Virus record (IMG/VR): IMGVR_UViG_3300023174_000065
Reading direction: 5' to 3' (one strand)
Origin: a virus
Length of the DNA: 64,000 nt
Shown here: positions 29,560-37,969 of the stretch, in pieces
Numbering within the stretch: position 1 is the first letter of the stretch
Layout: each line of letters begins with the position of its first letter
Notes under the pieces: model-generated
The model's input: the letters and a program-made list of their open reading frames with translations, nothing else
The model's database searches: none
Told to the model about the DNA's origin: nothing
Program-made: the position numbers and the translations under genes

Positions 29560-30254
29560 TATTCTATTCCGGTTTCTTTACAAATTTCTTTTACTAGTGC
29601 TACATCTGCTGGATTGTCTTTGAATTTTTTAACCCAATACGGCATATCAAGTGCTGGAGCAATTAGGTCAAGTTGTTCATCGCTAAACTTTGCTAACATA
29701 TTTTTGCCGCTTTTACAGTTTAACAGCATCCAGCAACTAATTTTTCCATTAACAATATCGTGTACTGCTCGGTTTAAGTTAGCGTAATTAAAGTAATGTA
29801 CATAGGTTGACTTATTTGTATCAGCCCATTCGATCATAGTTGTAACGCTACGGTGGACTGCAGCCTCGACTGGTTCTACTTTTAACATCTCAAAAAGATA
29901 TTTTTCATATAACTCATCCCTGCACCAATGGTCTAGTTTAACACCGCTTTTGATAACATAATCAATAAACTTGTCAGGATAAAGGGGTTTAACATTATTA
30001 ACAAAACTTCCAAATTTAACAAAAGCATTATAGTAAGATGTCTTGCAAAATTCTTCATATGTTTTGTTCTTTTTTGCATTTTGTGTTAGTTGAAAAAATC
30101 TATTAAATGCCATAAATCCAGCCTGTACTCGTTTCTCATCTTTCTGCAAAGCACGGCGTTTGGACTCACAAAGATGACTAAAGAGCGTGGTCTCTCTCAT
30201 GAACTTTTTTCCACAATGGACACATAGATGTGGTTGATCGGCCAATAGAATCAC
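29559..30254 (-). CDS. Conserved hypothetical protein with N-terminal Zn-finger
   Basis: 'CVHCGKKF......HLC' C2HC finger; operonic overlap. Confidence 0.65.
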   Translation of the reverse strand: MILLADQPHLCVHCGKKFMRETTLFSHLCESKRRALQKDEKRVQAGFMAFNRFFQLTQNAKKNKTYEEFCKTSYYNAFVKFGSFVNNVKPLYPDKFIDYVIKSGVKLDHWCRDELYEKYLFEMLKVEPVEAAVHRSVTTMIEWADTNKSTYVHYFNYANLNRAVHDIVNGKISCWMLLNCKSGKNMLAKFSDEQLDLIAPALDMPYWVKKFKDNPADVALVKEICKETGIE

Positions 30255-30451
30255 TCGTATCTACTTCCTAGTTGCCCGGGTTCGTTACTTCCAGTACATT
30301 CTAATCTATGATCCGTTGATTTTGGACATCTTTTATTTCCACAGATAGGACATAGTATCATCATAGTTGAAGTGATAGGTAAAGAAACTTGATCATAATC
30401 AACTCTGACATCTTTTAGACAATTGTAGCATTGACCACACAAATCACTCAT
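30251..30451 (-). CDS. Small Cys-rich (Zn-binding) protein
   Basis: 'CGQCYNC...CPICGNKRCPKSTDHRLEC'; probable start MSDLC at 30451, overlapping the upstream stop. Confidence 0.6.
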   Translation of the reverse strand: MSDLCGQCYNCLKDVRVDYDQVSLPITSTMMILCPICGNKRCPKSTDHRLECTGSNEPGQLGSRYE

Positions 30452-30899
30452 ATTCTTTTCTTTGTTTTTTATCAAGACCCATGCTGTTGAACAACTCTTC
30501 TTTGTCGGCGGGAGTCATCATTGATGCCATCAATTTAATCTCGTCCATTTTCATTGCCGGATACATTTCGCATAATAATTTTTCAATTTTATTTGCTTTT
30601 TCTTTAGTGCCACTTTTCAAGTAAGGATGAAACAACTTGCTTCCAATACCACATCCTGCATATAATTTCCACAATAATGCTCTATGATCTTTGCTCAATA
30701 TCCAGTGATTTTTATTGACCAATTCATTGGTCATTTCAACAAACCACTCTTGTGTATCTCTAGATCCATTTACATTGCTTACAAAACGCAATAGAACATA
30801 TGGACTAAATTCTTTCTTTTCGCCATCATCAAGTTTATCATAAAAATCGTAATTTCTAAGATCAACTGCTGCAAGTTCTCGTTTAATATCTAGAGCCAT
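30444..30899 (-). CDS. Putative clamp-loader small subunit (T4 gp62-like)
   Basis: Start MALDIK (ATG 30899); 'FSPYVLLRFVS...EMTNELVN' resembles the gp62 core; replication-module context. Confidence 0.45.
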   Translation of the reverse strand: MALDIKRELAAVDLRNYDFYDKLDDGEKKEFSPYVLLRFVSNVNGSRDTQEWFVEMTNELVNKNHWILSKDHRALLWKLYAGCGIGSKLFHPYLKSGTKEKANKIEKLLCEMYPAMKMDEIKLMASMMTPADKEELFNSMGLDKKQRKEYE

Positions 30900-30900
30900 A

Positions 30901-31077
30901 TTATTCTTCTCCAAACAAATATTGAGCCATTCTCTTTTCAGTGGTTTCTCGATCCTTCATTCCACAATCAAAGCATATCTGTTCTCCGTTGGGTCCATAC
31001 GGTCTACACTCTTTGATTGCATAACAAAGTTCACATACTTGCGATGGTTCTGCCATTATAATTCCTCGACCACTCAT
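30901..31077 (-). CDS. Small Zn-ribbon protein (58 aa, missing from the ORF track)
   Basis: Manual translation MSGRGIIMAEPSQVCELCYAIKECRPYGPNGEQICFDCGMKDRETTEKRMAQYLFGEE*; two CxxC pairs; fits exactly between its neighbours. Confidence 0.75.
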   Translation of the reverse strand: MSGRGIIMAEPSQVCELCYAIKECRPYGPNGEQICFDCGMKDRETTEKRMAQYLFGEE

Positions 31078-31078
31078 A

Positions 31079-31582
31079 TTACCAGGCCTTACAGTATTGA
31101 ACTATTTCACTTTGACGACTTACTTCCTTGACGAAATACACGCACGTGGGATTATCACCGGAATGCAAGGGAGTACATAATAGTTGACCTGGCTTCATTT
31201 TTGGAAAGTACCATTTGACATCTTGATATACATTAATGATATCAATGTCATAAAACTCAGGCCTAGATGACGTTAGTGGATTAAATGCAAATGTTCTAAA
31301 TCCTCTATCGTTGAGGCTCGTCAATGGCAATACTTCCAAATCTGGTCCAGTGGGATCTCCTACTATTGTGCACCAATCTAACGGCATTGTAATTTCATGT
31401 TTTCCTATACGCAATACTACAGCAGGACCAGTAAAGGATTCAAGAAAAATCAACGGTAAAAAGAAATAATCAGGATTATTATTATCACTATTGTCCAATA
31501 CCGCATATCTAAGATCCTCATCAATAGTATCGGGTAGATCATTTAATAATAGTGTTCGATTATCCAAAGTGAGGATTTGCAT
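31079..31582 (-). CDS. Conserved hypothetical protein
   Basis: 167-aa ORF translationally coupled to uvsW. Confidence 0.65.
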   Translation of the reverse strand: MQILTLDNRTLLLNDLPDTIDEDLRYAVLDNSDNNNPDYFFLPLIFLESFTGPAVVLRIGKHEITMPLDWCTIVGDPTGPDLEVLPLTSLNDRGFRTFAFNPLTSSRPEFYDIDIINVYQDVKWYFPKMKPGQLLCTPLHSGDNPTCVYFVKEVSRQSEIVQYCKAW

Positions 31583-33066
31583 TAGATTTTAACCTTTTCA
31601 ATTGTAAATGGATATTGAGCGTCTTTGTAAAAAGTCTTACGCTCCGATAAATGACGTTTTGCATATTTTGTATTAGCAGTAAGATCCCATATATTAACAA
31701 AGTCTTTGTCTTCGGCTCGTCTCACTCCTCGACCAATACTTTGAATAACTCGAACAAAACTCTTTCCTGGTTCAATTAATACAAGGTTGAAAATTCTGGG
31801 AATATTAATTCCCACTGCTGCTACTCCATAAGTCGCCACTGTGATTCTGTTATCTGAGGTTGCAACTTCTGCATATTCTTTTTTTCGATCTTTAGTTTTA
31901 ACAGCACCAGATATAAATGCAACATCTGGATCTTCCTTTAGAACACTGAACAGTCCACTAAGTTCTTTTTGTAAAAATTTACCAGATTCAATTCTATCAA
32001 CCAATACAAGGGTGTTTCCAGCTGTAGAAATTTCCTTTATCTTATTTGCCATCCATGTCAATCTATTTGAGTCAGTGACTAGATATTTTAACTCTTCAGG
32101 ATAAGATCCAAACTCTTTCCATTCCTGTGTTTGTACGATGTTTACATGACATCCGCTGAGAACGCCTTTTTGCTGAAGCTCATATGCGGAAACTCTTCCT
32201 ATAACGTCGCCTAGACTACATCGTATGCTCTCAAAATCAAGAGGATCTTTTGGAACAGTTCCAGTAATACCCCATCTTATAGATGCGTTTCTTAAGTTTT
32301 GCGTAAGAAGATTTTTTAAGACATTTGCAGATGCTTGATGAACCTCATCAACTATCACTGTGTTAACGTTTTCTAAAAACTCAGCTAGTGTAACTAAATC
32401 TGCTTCGCCATTTTTAGTTTTTTTATCCAGGACATTGAGACTCTGCCAGGTGCATATTGTATGAGTTTTATTTAATTCTTTTCTATCCCCATAAAAAACA
32501 CCAACATCAAGTCCGACATTGATAAAGTCTTCCTCTGTTTGTTCTACTAGAGTTTTGTTAGGAACAATCACTATTGTTCTGCCATATTTTTCACAAATTT
32601 TACATAGTGTTGCTGTAAGAATAGTTTTTCCAAAACCTGTTGCCAATTCTGCAATCGCCTGTGGGTTATTCAAAAAATCATTCACGGCGCCTACCTGATC
32701 ATCGCGTAACCTAATTGGCTGTCCTGCAAACCTATGACCATCTGGCCAGGATTGATCGCCCCAAAATTCTTCGGTAATTTTTTTAAATTCCAAACATTCA
32801 GCGGTGCGTAAATCTTCTACCTCTATATAATATCCAGCTTGTTCTAAAAATGGTAATATTTTATCAAGTAGATTGACATACGTAGTGCCACCAAGGCCAA
32901 AGAATCCTACATATCCATCCCATCTGCCTAGTTTGAATGCGGGTTGGTACCTAGCACTTTGTTGAAAGTATCTAAATTTCTTTACTAATTCTTTTCTAGT
33001 ATCTAAGGCTAATCCGTCAATCTTAACATTGACTTCATCCTTGATTATAATTCGTGCGGTAGCCAT
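31582..33066 (-). CDS. uvsW: SF2 DNA helicase UvsW
   Basis: Q motif 'LRDDQ', Walker A 'ATGFGKT', 'DEVH', 'GITGT', 'QSIGRGVR'. Confidence 0.9.
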   Translation of the reverse strand: MATARIIIKDEVNVKIDGLALDTRKELVKKFRYFQQSARYQPAFKLGRWDGYVGFFGLGGTTYVNLLDKILPFLEQAGYYIEVEDLRTAECLEFKKITEEFWGDQSWPDGHRFAGQPIRLRDDQVGAVNDFLNNPQAIAELATGFGKTILTATLCKICEKYGRTIVIVPNKTLVEQTEEDFINVGLDVGVFYGDRKELNKTHTICTWQSLNVLDKKTKNGEADLVTLAEFLENVNTVIVDEVHQASANVLKNLLTQNLRNASIRWGITGTVPKDPLDFESIRCSLGDVIGRVSAYELQQKGVLSGCHVNIVQTQEWKEFGSYPEELKYLVTDSNRLTWMANKIKEISTAGNTLVLVDRIESGKFLQKELSGLFSVLKEDPDVAFISGAVKTKDRKKEYAEVATSDNRITVATYGVAAVGINIPRIFNLVLIEPGKSFVRVIQSIGRGVRRAEDKDFVNIWDLTANTKYAKRHLSERKTFYKDAQYPFTIEKVKI

Positions 33067-34238
33067 TTTGTTTTATTTGGTGCTTTCATGTTATAATACA
33101 CTAAGTTGCAGGCATTATCAACCATTGTTGCCATAGAAAAGTGCATATAATTATAATATCCTAAATTTATCACACTTCTAAAATTTATTCCAGATTTAAT
33201 TAATGGTTTAGTTATTTTTGTACTAACAAAAACAATTTTAGTGTGAGAATCAACTGGAGTGTTTAGTCCATTTTCTTTTATGTACTGATTAAAGTCTGCT
33301 TGGTTATTTGGAAGTCTAAACATTACGGACATTTCATTCGATAAAATGCCCTGACTTAATGCAAACTTTGACCATTCCTTGACCAGTTGGTATTCACTAC
33401 CGCCTGGCACAATTACCAAAAGTGGTCCTCCAAAATTCAGCAAATCTCCAAAAACATCATCTATTTTTGCTTCATCGCTATTAAACCATGGACGATCATG
33501 AATGGAAGATTCTATTATAACTTTAGTATAGGAGTTCAACTCGTTTTTAATTTTTAAACTAACTTCTTCGTCCCATACAGTGATTCCATAATTTTTTGCG
33601 TGAAATAGCGCTTCTGTTAAATTTATCGTATCAGGCTGAGGTATCGAGCGATGGCCATTAACTATTGTATATTTTCCATCTTTGATAGATAACATGGGAA
33701 CATAAGTCTCTACATTTTCCCTGATTACATTGATATCATTGTATAATGATAATAGTTTTTCTGAAATTTGAAAATCTCGGTCTTTCAATGAATCTATTAT
33801 CCATAGAACATTTTTTTCAGTTAATGAAAATTTCCATTTTTTAATACCTGCATCCCACAATCCCCGGTGGAGTTCATGTATTGTAGAATTTCTTGTTCGA
33901 AATAATGTAACGATGTCATCGCTATATGGAAATTCCACAGTTATTTTATTATCTTCGATATCAATCTTACGAATAGACGATATTTTTCTAAATGGATATT
34001 TCCACTTAGGCGATGTTAGTATACTATCTATGTCACTAATGATGGGACGAATATTATTCTTGTACTTGTCCAAAAGTCTAATAGCTAGCATTGCCTGTTT
34101 TTCGGTAAGTGCCTGACCAGAACTGACCTGGTCTGACAGACTAACCATAATACTATGTTCGTTGTGATTTAAAAAATGCGGCACAGGAATTGAAAATCCG
34201 TATCCTATATTTTCAATCACATCTTCAACATAGGTCAT
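33045..34238 (-). CDS. Hypothetical protein
   Basis: 397-aa ORF within the uvsX-uvsY-uvsW operon. Confidence 0.65.
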   Translation of the reverse strand: MTYVEDVIENIGYGFSIPVPHFLNHNEHSIMVSLSDQVSSGQALTEKQAMLAIRLLDKYKNNIRPIISDIDSILTSPKWKYPFRKISSIRKIDIEDNKITVEFPYSDDIVTLFRTRNSTIHELHRGLWDAGIKKWKFSLTEKNVLWIIDSLKDRDFQISEKLLSLYNDINVIRENVETYVPMLSIKDGKYTIVNGHRSIPQPDTINLTEALFHAKNYGITVWDEEVSLKIKNELNSYTKVIIESSIHDRPWFNSDEAKIDDVFGDLLNFGGPLLVIVPGGSEYQLVKEWSKFALSQGILSNEMSVMFRLPNNQADFNQYIKENGLNTPVDSHTKIVFVSTKITKPLIKSGINFRSVINLGYYNYMHFSMATMVDNACNLVYYNMKAPNKTKWLPHEL

Positions 34239-34690
34239 ATTTGAACATCTTCCATTCCAGCAGTGCGTAATTTAATAATATTACTCATCTGCCACTGTTT
34301 AATATCTAGTGCCTTGATAATTCCAAGCCACTGGTTTCGTAAAAGTGCAAACTCATTAACTATTTTTTCCAAATCAACGACATTTGCTTCTCCGTCAACA
34401 TATTTTTCACAATCTCTGCTACTGAGTGCTCGTTGATAGTTTTCCAGATATTTTTTAAATGCTTTACTACGCTCTCGTCGGAGCTCAATATTCAAATATT
34501 CTAACACTGCCTCAATTTCTTGAAGCTGATTGAATCTTTGCTCGACGATGCCCGGCAAGTTAGCAGAGGATCTTTCTAAGTTTCCAAAGACCTTTACTTC
34601 TTTCCGGGCATCGTCTATTTGTGCATAGAAGTACTCAATACAATCTGGTAAATGATTTATATCTTTACTGACTTTTGAGTACCAAGACAT
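34235..34690 (-). CDS. uvsY: Recombination mediator UvsY
   Basis: Helical protein with 'YVDGE...IKALDIKQWQMSNIIKLRTAG' C-terminus; lies between uvsX and uvsW. Confidence 0.8.
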   Translation of the reverse strand: MSWYSKVSKDINHLPDCIEYFYAQIDDARKEVKVFGNLERSSANLPGIVEQRFNQLQEIEAVLEYLNIELRRERSKAFKKYLENYQRALSSRDCEKYVDGEANVVDLEKIVNEFALLRNQWLGIIKALDIKQWQMSNIIKLRTAGMEDVQI

Positions 34691-34911
34691 TAGTAGTCTT
34701 CTTCATTTTCTTCGTCAGGTTGATCTTCATCAATATCTTCAATAGCTATGTCCAAATATTCGTCATTGCCTGAAATTGCATGAAGGTCCTTGAGTTCGAA
34801 TTGATCAGTTAACAAATACTCAATATATTGAGTTGCCGCCGATGCACGATTTTTTTCTGGAATGAAGTCTAAGAAAACATCCCATATTTCAACAATTTGA
34901 TTTTCTTCCAT
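34690..34911 (-). CDS. Small acidic hypothetical protein
   Basis: 73 aa, coupled to both neighbours. Confidence 0.6.
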   Translation of the reverse strand: MEENQIVEIWDVFLDFIPEKNRASAATQYIEYLLTDQFELKDLHAISGNDEYLDIAIEDIDEDQPDEENEEDY

Positions 34912-35966
34912 TATTCTGTCACTACTTCTTCTATAATATTAACTGGTGGAGTAATTATATCATCCCATTGATTCATAATCAATGTAAGTTTTTCTTCCGT
35001 CCAATTTTTACGGAATTCAGAAATTATTTCACCAGTTTCTTTGTCTGTATATGCTAGTTTATTACCAGACTTGGTAAGTACTCCCATTTTTTCAAACATA
35101 TCAACCAAACCGGAGGTTGGCTTCATGCCAGTTGAATATGGGATTTGTACCTGCACTGATTCAAACGGTTTTGCATAACGGGTCTTCATGATTTTACATG
35201 CGGATCGAATGCCAACAACATCACTGATCTTATTGCCGTTTTCATCTTCCTTTAGTTTAAGCTTCTTCATTGCAACAACAATAGATGATGCATAAATGAA
35301 GCCCTGGCCTCCGGATATCTTATCGTCTGGATCAAACATATCTTGCGAAGCGTATGTGTGATTGGTGCAAACCATTCCTACATTGTATGATCCAAACATA
35401 TTAACACAGTTGCGAACAAGAGAAGTAAGTGCTTTGGGTTTGCGACCCATGTCACCCTTCATTTCTCCTGCCTCAAACTGATTAACATCTGTTGGTGTTA
35501 ACAACATACCTAAAGAGTCTACTACAAACAATATCTTGGGACGAGTTTCCGGTTCCATTGTCTTGTATTCTTTCATAAACTCTGAGATAGTTTTTGCAAC
35601 ATCATCAATCATTGCCATGTTTAACTTGAGAAGTTTATCCTCAGATGTATCTACATCCAATGCCTGTAGCCAAGCTTCATCCAACGCATTTTCGCTATCA
35701 ATTAGAACAACATAAATGCCTTGTTGCTGTGCATGTTTTACAATGTTGCCAGCGCAGATATATGATTTACCCGCGCCAGATTCTCCTGCAAACACCGTAA
35801 CCTTGCCCATAGGAATTCCTTTAAAGAAATTTCCAGATATGAGGTAGTTTAGTGCGTAATTGCCTGTTGAAATCCAATCTGTAGGATCGTTAAACCCAAT
35901 ACCAAGTCCGTCAATGGACTTGGTAATGGATTTGCGGAACTTAGAGATGTCAAAAAGTTTCGACAT
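34911..35966 (-). CDS. uvsX: RecA-like recombinase UvsX
   Basis: Walker A 'AGESGAGKS', 'DSENA', 'VVDSLGML', 'TNHTY', 'SGGQG'. Confidence 0.92.
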   Translation of the reverse strand: MSKLFDISKFRKSITKSIDGLGIGFNDPTDWISTGNYALNYLISGNFFKGIPMGKVTVFAGESGAGKSYICAGNIVKHAQQQGIYVVLIDSENALDEAWLQALDVDTSEDKLLKLNMAMIDDVAKTISEFMKEYKTMEPETRPKILFVVDSLGMLLTPTDVNQFEAGEMKGDMGRKPKALTSLVRNCVNMFGSYNVGMVCTNHTYASQDMFDPDDKISGGQGFIYASSIVVAMKKLKLKEDENGNKISDVVGIRSACKIMKTRYAKPFESVQVQIPYSTGMKPTSGLVDMFEKMGVLTKSGNKLAYTDKETGEIISEFRKNWTEEKLTLIMNQWDDIITPPVNIIEEVVTE

Positions 35967-35981
35967 ATATGTTCCTCTCTA

Positions 35982-36959
35982 TTAGTTTGATGATTGTCGT
36001 GCGCGAATTGTTGCAAGAATGTCCTGTGCCCGCGAACTTGCCTCGCTGCCACTTGATACAGGTGCCTTGTCTACTTCAAAAGGCACTTCGTCATCATCGG
36101 AAACTACCGGCGAAGGAGTACGAGCAACCTGTGCTGATGCAGATGAACCTTCACCTGTTGCAACTCCGCTGCCGCCCATTCCGGCTGGCTTGAAGTACTG
36201 ACCCCAACGATCCATGTCAAATGCATCGCCATCAACTGACGCCTCAAACATTTCCTTCATGACTTTGAGTTCTACTTCACCTGGCTTCTTAGGAAGAAAG
36301 CTCTTGAGATCATATAGATCGTGTTGTGCAATCGCAGCTTTTTCTTCATCACTCAGGGCCCGCTCACGACGAGCCCATGTTGAGGTTGAATAGTCTGCAT
36401 ATCCACCTTTAGTTGTCTTGACGATCTTGAAGTCTAGACCACGAACATAATCAGTTGGTAGTTCTTCGATTTCGCTGTCCATCAATGCATTCTTAACAAT
36501 GTTAAAAATTTGACTACTGATGATAAAACGACGAATTGGATTTTCTGGCGTCTTGTCTTCCTTGAGTTCAGAGTTAACTACAAACCCTTGGAATAGATAT
36601 GAACGCTTCTTCCAGTATTTGCGTCCCAACTCTTCCAGACTCTTGTCCTTGAACCAAGGACGAACTTCTGCAAGAATAGGACAAGCTTCGCCCCACATTT
36701 CCATGCAGGGAACTTGTACAGTAACTGGCTTGGAGTTTGCTTCGCCCTTGACGCCTGCAAACGGCAACTTGATCATTGCGCGTTCAATCCAGAAAAATGT
36801 GTTATTGGAATCTTGATCAGGAAGGAAACGAATAGTAGTTGTACTACCTTCTGCTGCATTCCAATGTGGGAAAATTGCGTTGTCGCCGCCGCTAGAGTTA
36901 TTAGAATTTTGAGTATTTGCCGCTTGAAGTTTTGCGCGGATTTCTGCTAATGAGGCCAT
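35982..36959 (-). CDS. Single-stranded DNA-binding protein (T4 gp32-like)
   Basis: 'IRFLPD', 'CPI', 'YWKKRSY', 'GYADYSTS' motifs; upstream of uvsX. Confidence 0.85.
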   Translation of the reverse strand: MASLAEIRAKLQAANTQNSNNSSGGDNAIFPHWNAAEGSTTTIRFLPDQDSNNTFFWIERAMIKLPFAGVKGEANSKPVTVQVPCMEMWGEACPILAEVRPWFKDKSLEELGRKYWKKRSYLFQGFVVNSELKEDKTPENPIRRFIISSQIFNIVKNALMDSEIEELPTDYVRGLDFKIVKTTKGGYADYSTSTWARRERALSDEEKAAIAQHDLYDLKSFLPKKPGEVELKVMKEMFEASVDGDAFDMDRWGQYFKPAGMGGSGVATGEGSSASAQVARTPSPVVSDDDEVPFEVDKAPVSSGSEASSRAQDILATIRARQSSN

Positions 36960-37040
36960 GATTATTTTTCCTTTTTATGCCTAAATATGCCTGTATCTTT
37001 CTGTGCCACTACACAGTAAAGAACATTTTTGCATATACGA

Positions 37041-37069
37041 ATTATATGCGCTTTTATTTATCTTGTCAA
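37041..37069 (-). promoter_or_regulatory. Consensus sigma70 promoter with a nested late-promoter box, upstream of gp32
   Basis: TTGACA(37069-37064)-N17-TATAAT(37046-37041); TAAATA lies inside the spacer. Confidence 0.85.
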
Positions 37070-37087
37070 ATAAAAAGTGTTGTATTA

Positions 37088-37969
37088 TTATGATTTTTTG
37101 CTACGAGGAAACACTTCATCCAAATCAGTATAACGAGCGTTAACTGTTTTTTCACCTCGTAATTTTGCAGCCATTATTGAATGATGTCCGTCTGCAATAA
37201 AATCTTTGCCCTTATATCTAACAATATGAATATTGTCAGGATTTAGATTTGCAAGTTTTTCTGCGGTCATGTCATTATCGGTATGTCTAGTAATTGGCTG
37301 TGTTGGTATTAAAGTGGAAATATCAAAAGATCTAAATGATTGTAGTGATTCTAGTTTCTTTTTTGCTGCCGCCCTAATCTCAGGATCCCGACTGTTCATT
37401 CCCAAAGAGTTTACAAAGTCATAAAATCTATTTTCAAGTGCATATGCGGTGTTTGCGTTATATGGACGAAGAGGAATATGTTGTCCTTTTACGGCATCAT
37501 CCCAGAATTCTCCATATTTTGTTTTTTTGCCATATCGCCTGGCAACTCGTTGTTGTAATGCAAGTGGGTCAACTTTGCGTTCTTCATCGATTGCAGGATC
37601 ATTATTCATTGCTAGGAACAATGATCCGCCCTCTTCTTTCCATAGACTTACATGATCTTCAAAAGATCCATGTGGTATTTTTGGATGTCTAAAACCGTTA
37701 TTAAAAAACACCTTTAGTGATGCAAGTGAACTAATTTGTGCACCTAAATCATTGTATTTTTTCATAGCCTGTTTTACAAGCCAGTCACCTATTCCTTTAT
37801 TTCGGAGTTCTTCTGGAACTACAAAATCAATCACACTTTGCGATCTAGGAGAAAGAGTTGTTTTTTTCATTATATCAATATAGCCACCGTCAGGATGCTG
37901 AATAACTTCTCCGTTATCCCCCATCATTGACTGGCGCTCATTAATTAATGAAAACTCATGAAACCTCAT
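37088..37969 (-). CDS. GNAT-like plus ParB/Srx-like fusion protein, probable internal head protein
   Basis: Start MRFHEF (TAATG overlap at 37969); 'VPEELRNKGIG' acetyl-CoA motif A; C-terminal 'IADGHHSIMAA' ParB-like motif. Confidence 0.55.
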   Translation of the reverse strand: MRFHEFSLINERQSMMGDNGEVIQHPDGGYIDIMKKTTLSPRSQSVIDFVVPEELRNKGIGDWLVKQAMKKYNDLGAQISSLASLKVFFNNGFRHPKIPHGSFEDHVSLWKEEGGSLFLAMNNDPAIDEERKVDPLALQQRVARRYGKKTKYGEFWDDAVKGQHIPLRPYNANTAYALENRFYDFVNSLGMNSRDPEIRAAAKKKLESLQSFRSFDISTLIPTQPITRHTDNDMTAEKLANLNPDNIHIVRYKGKDFIADGHHSIMAAKLRGEKTVNARYTDLDEVFPRSKKS

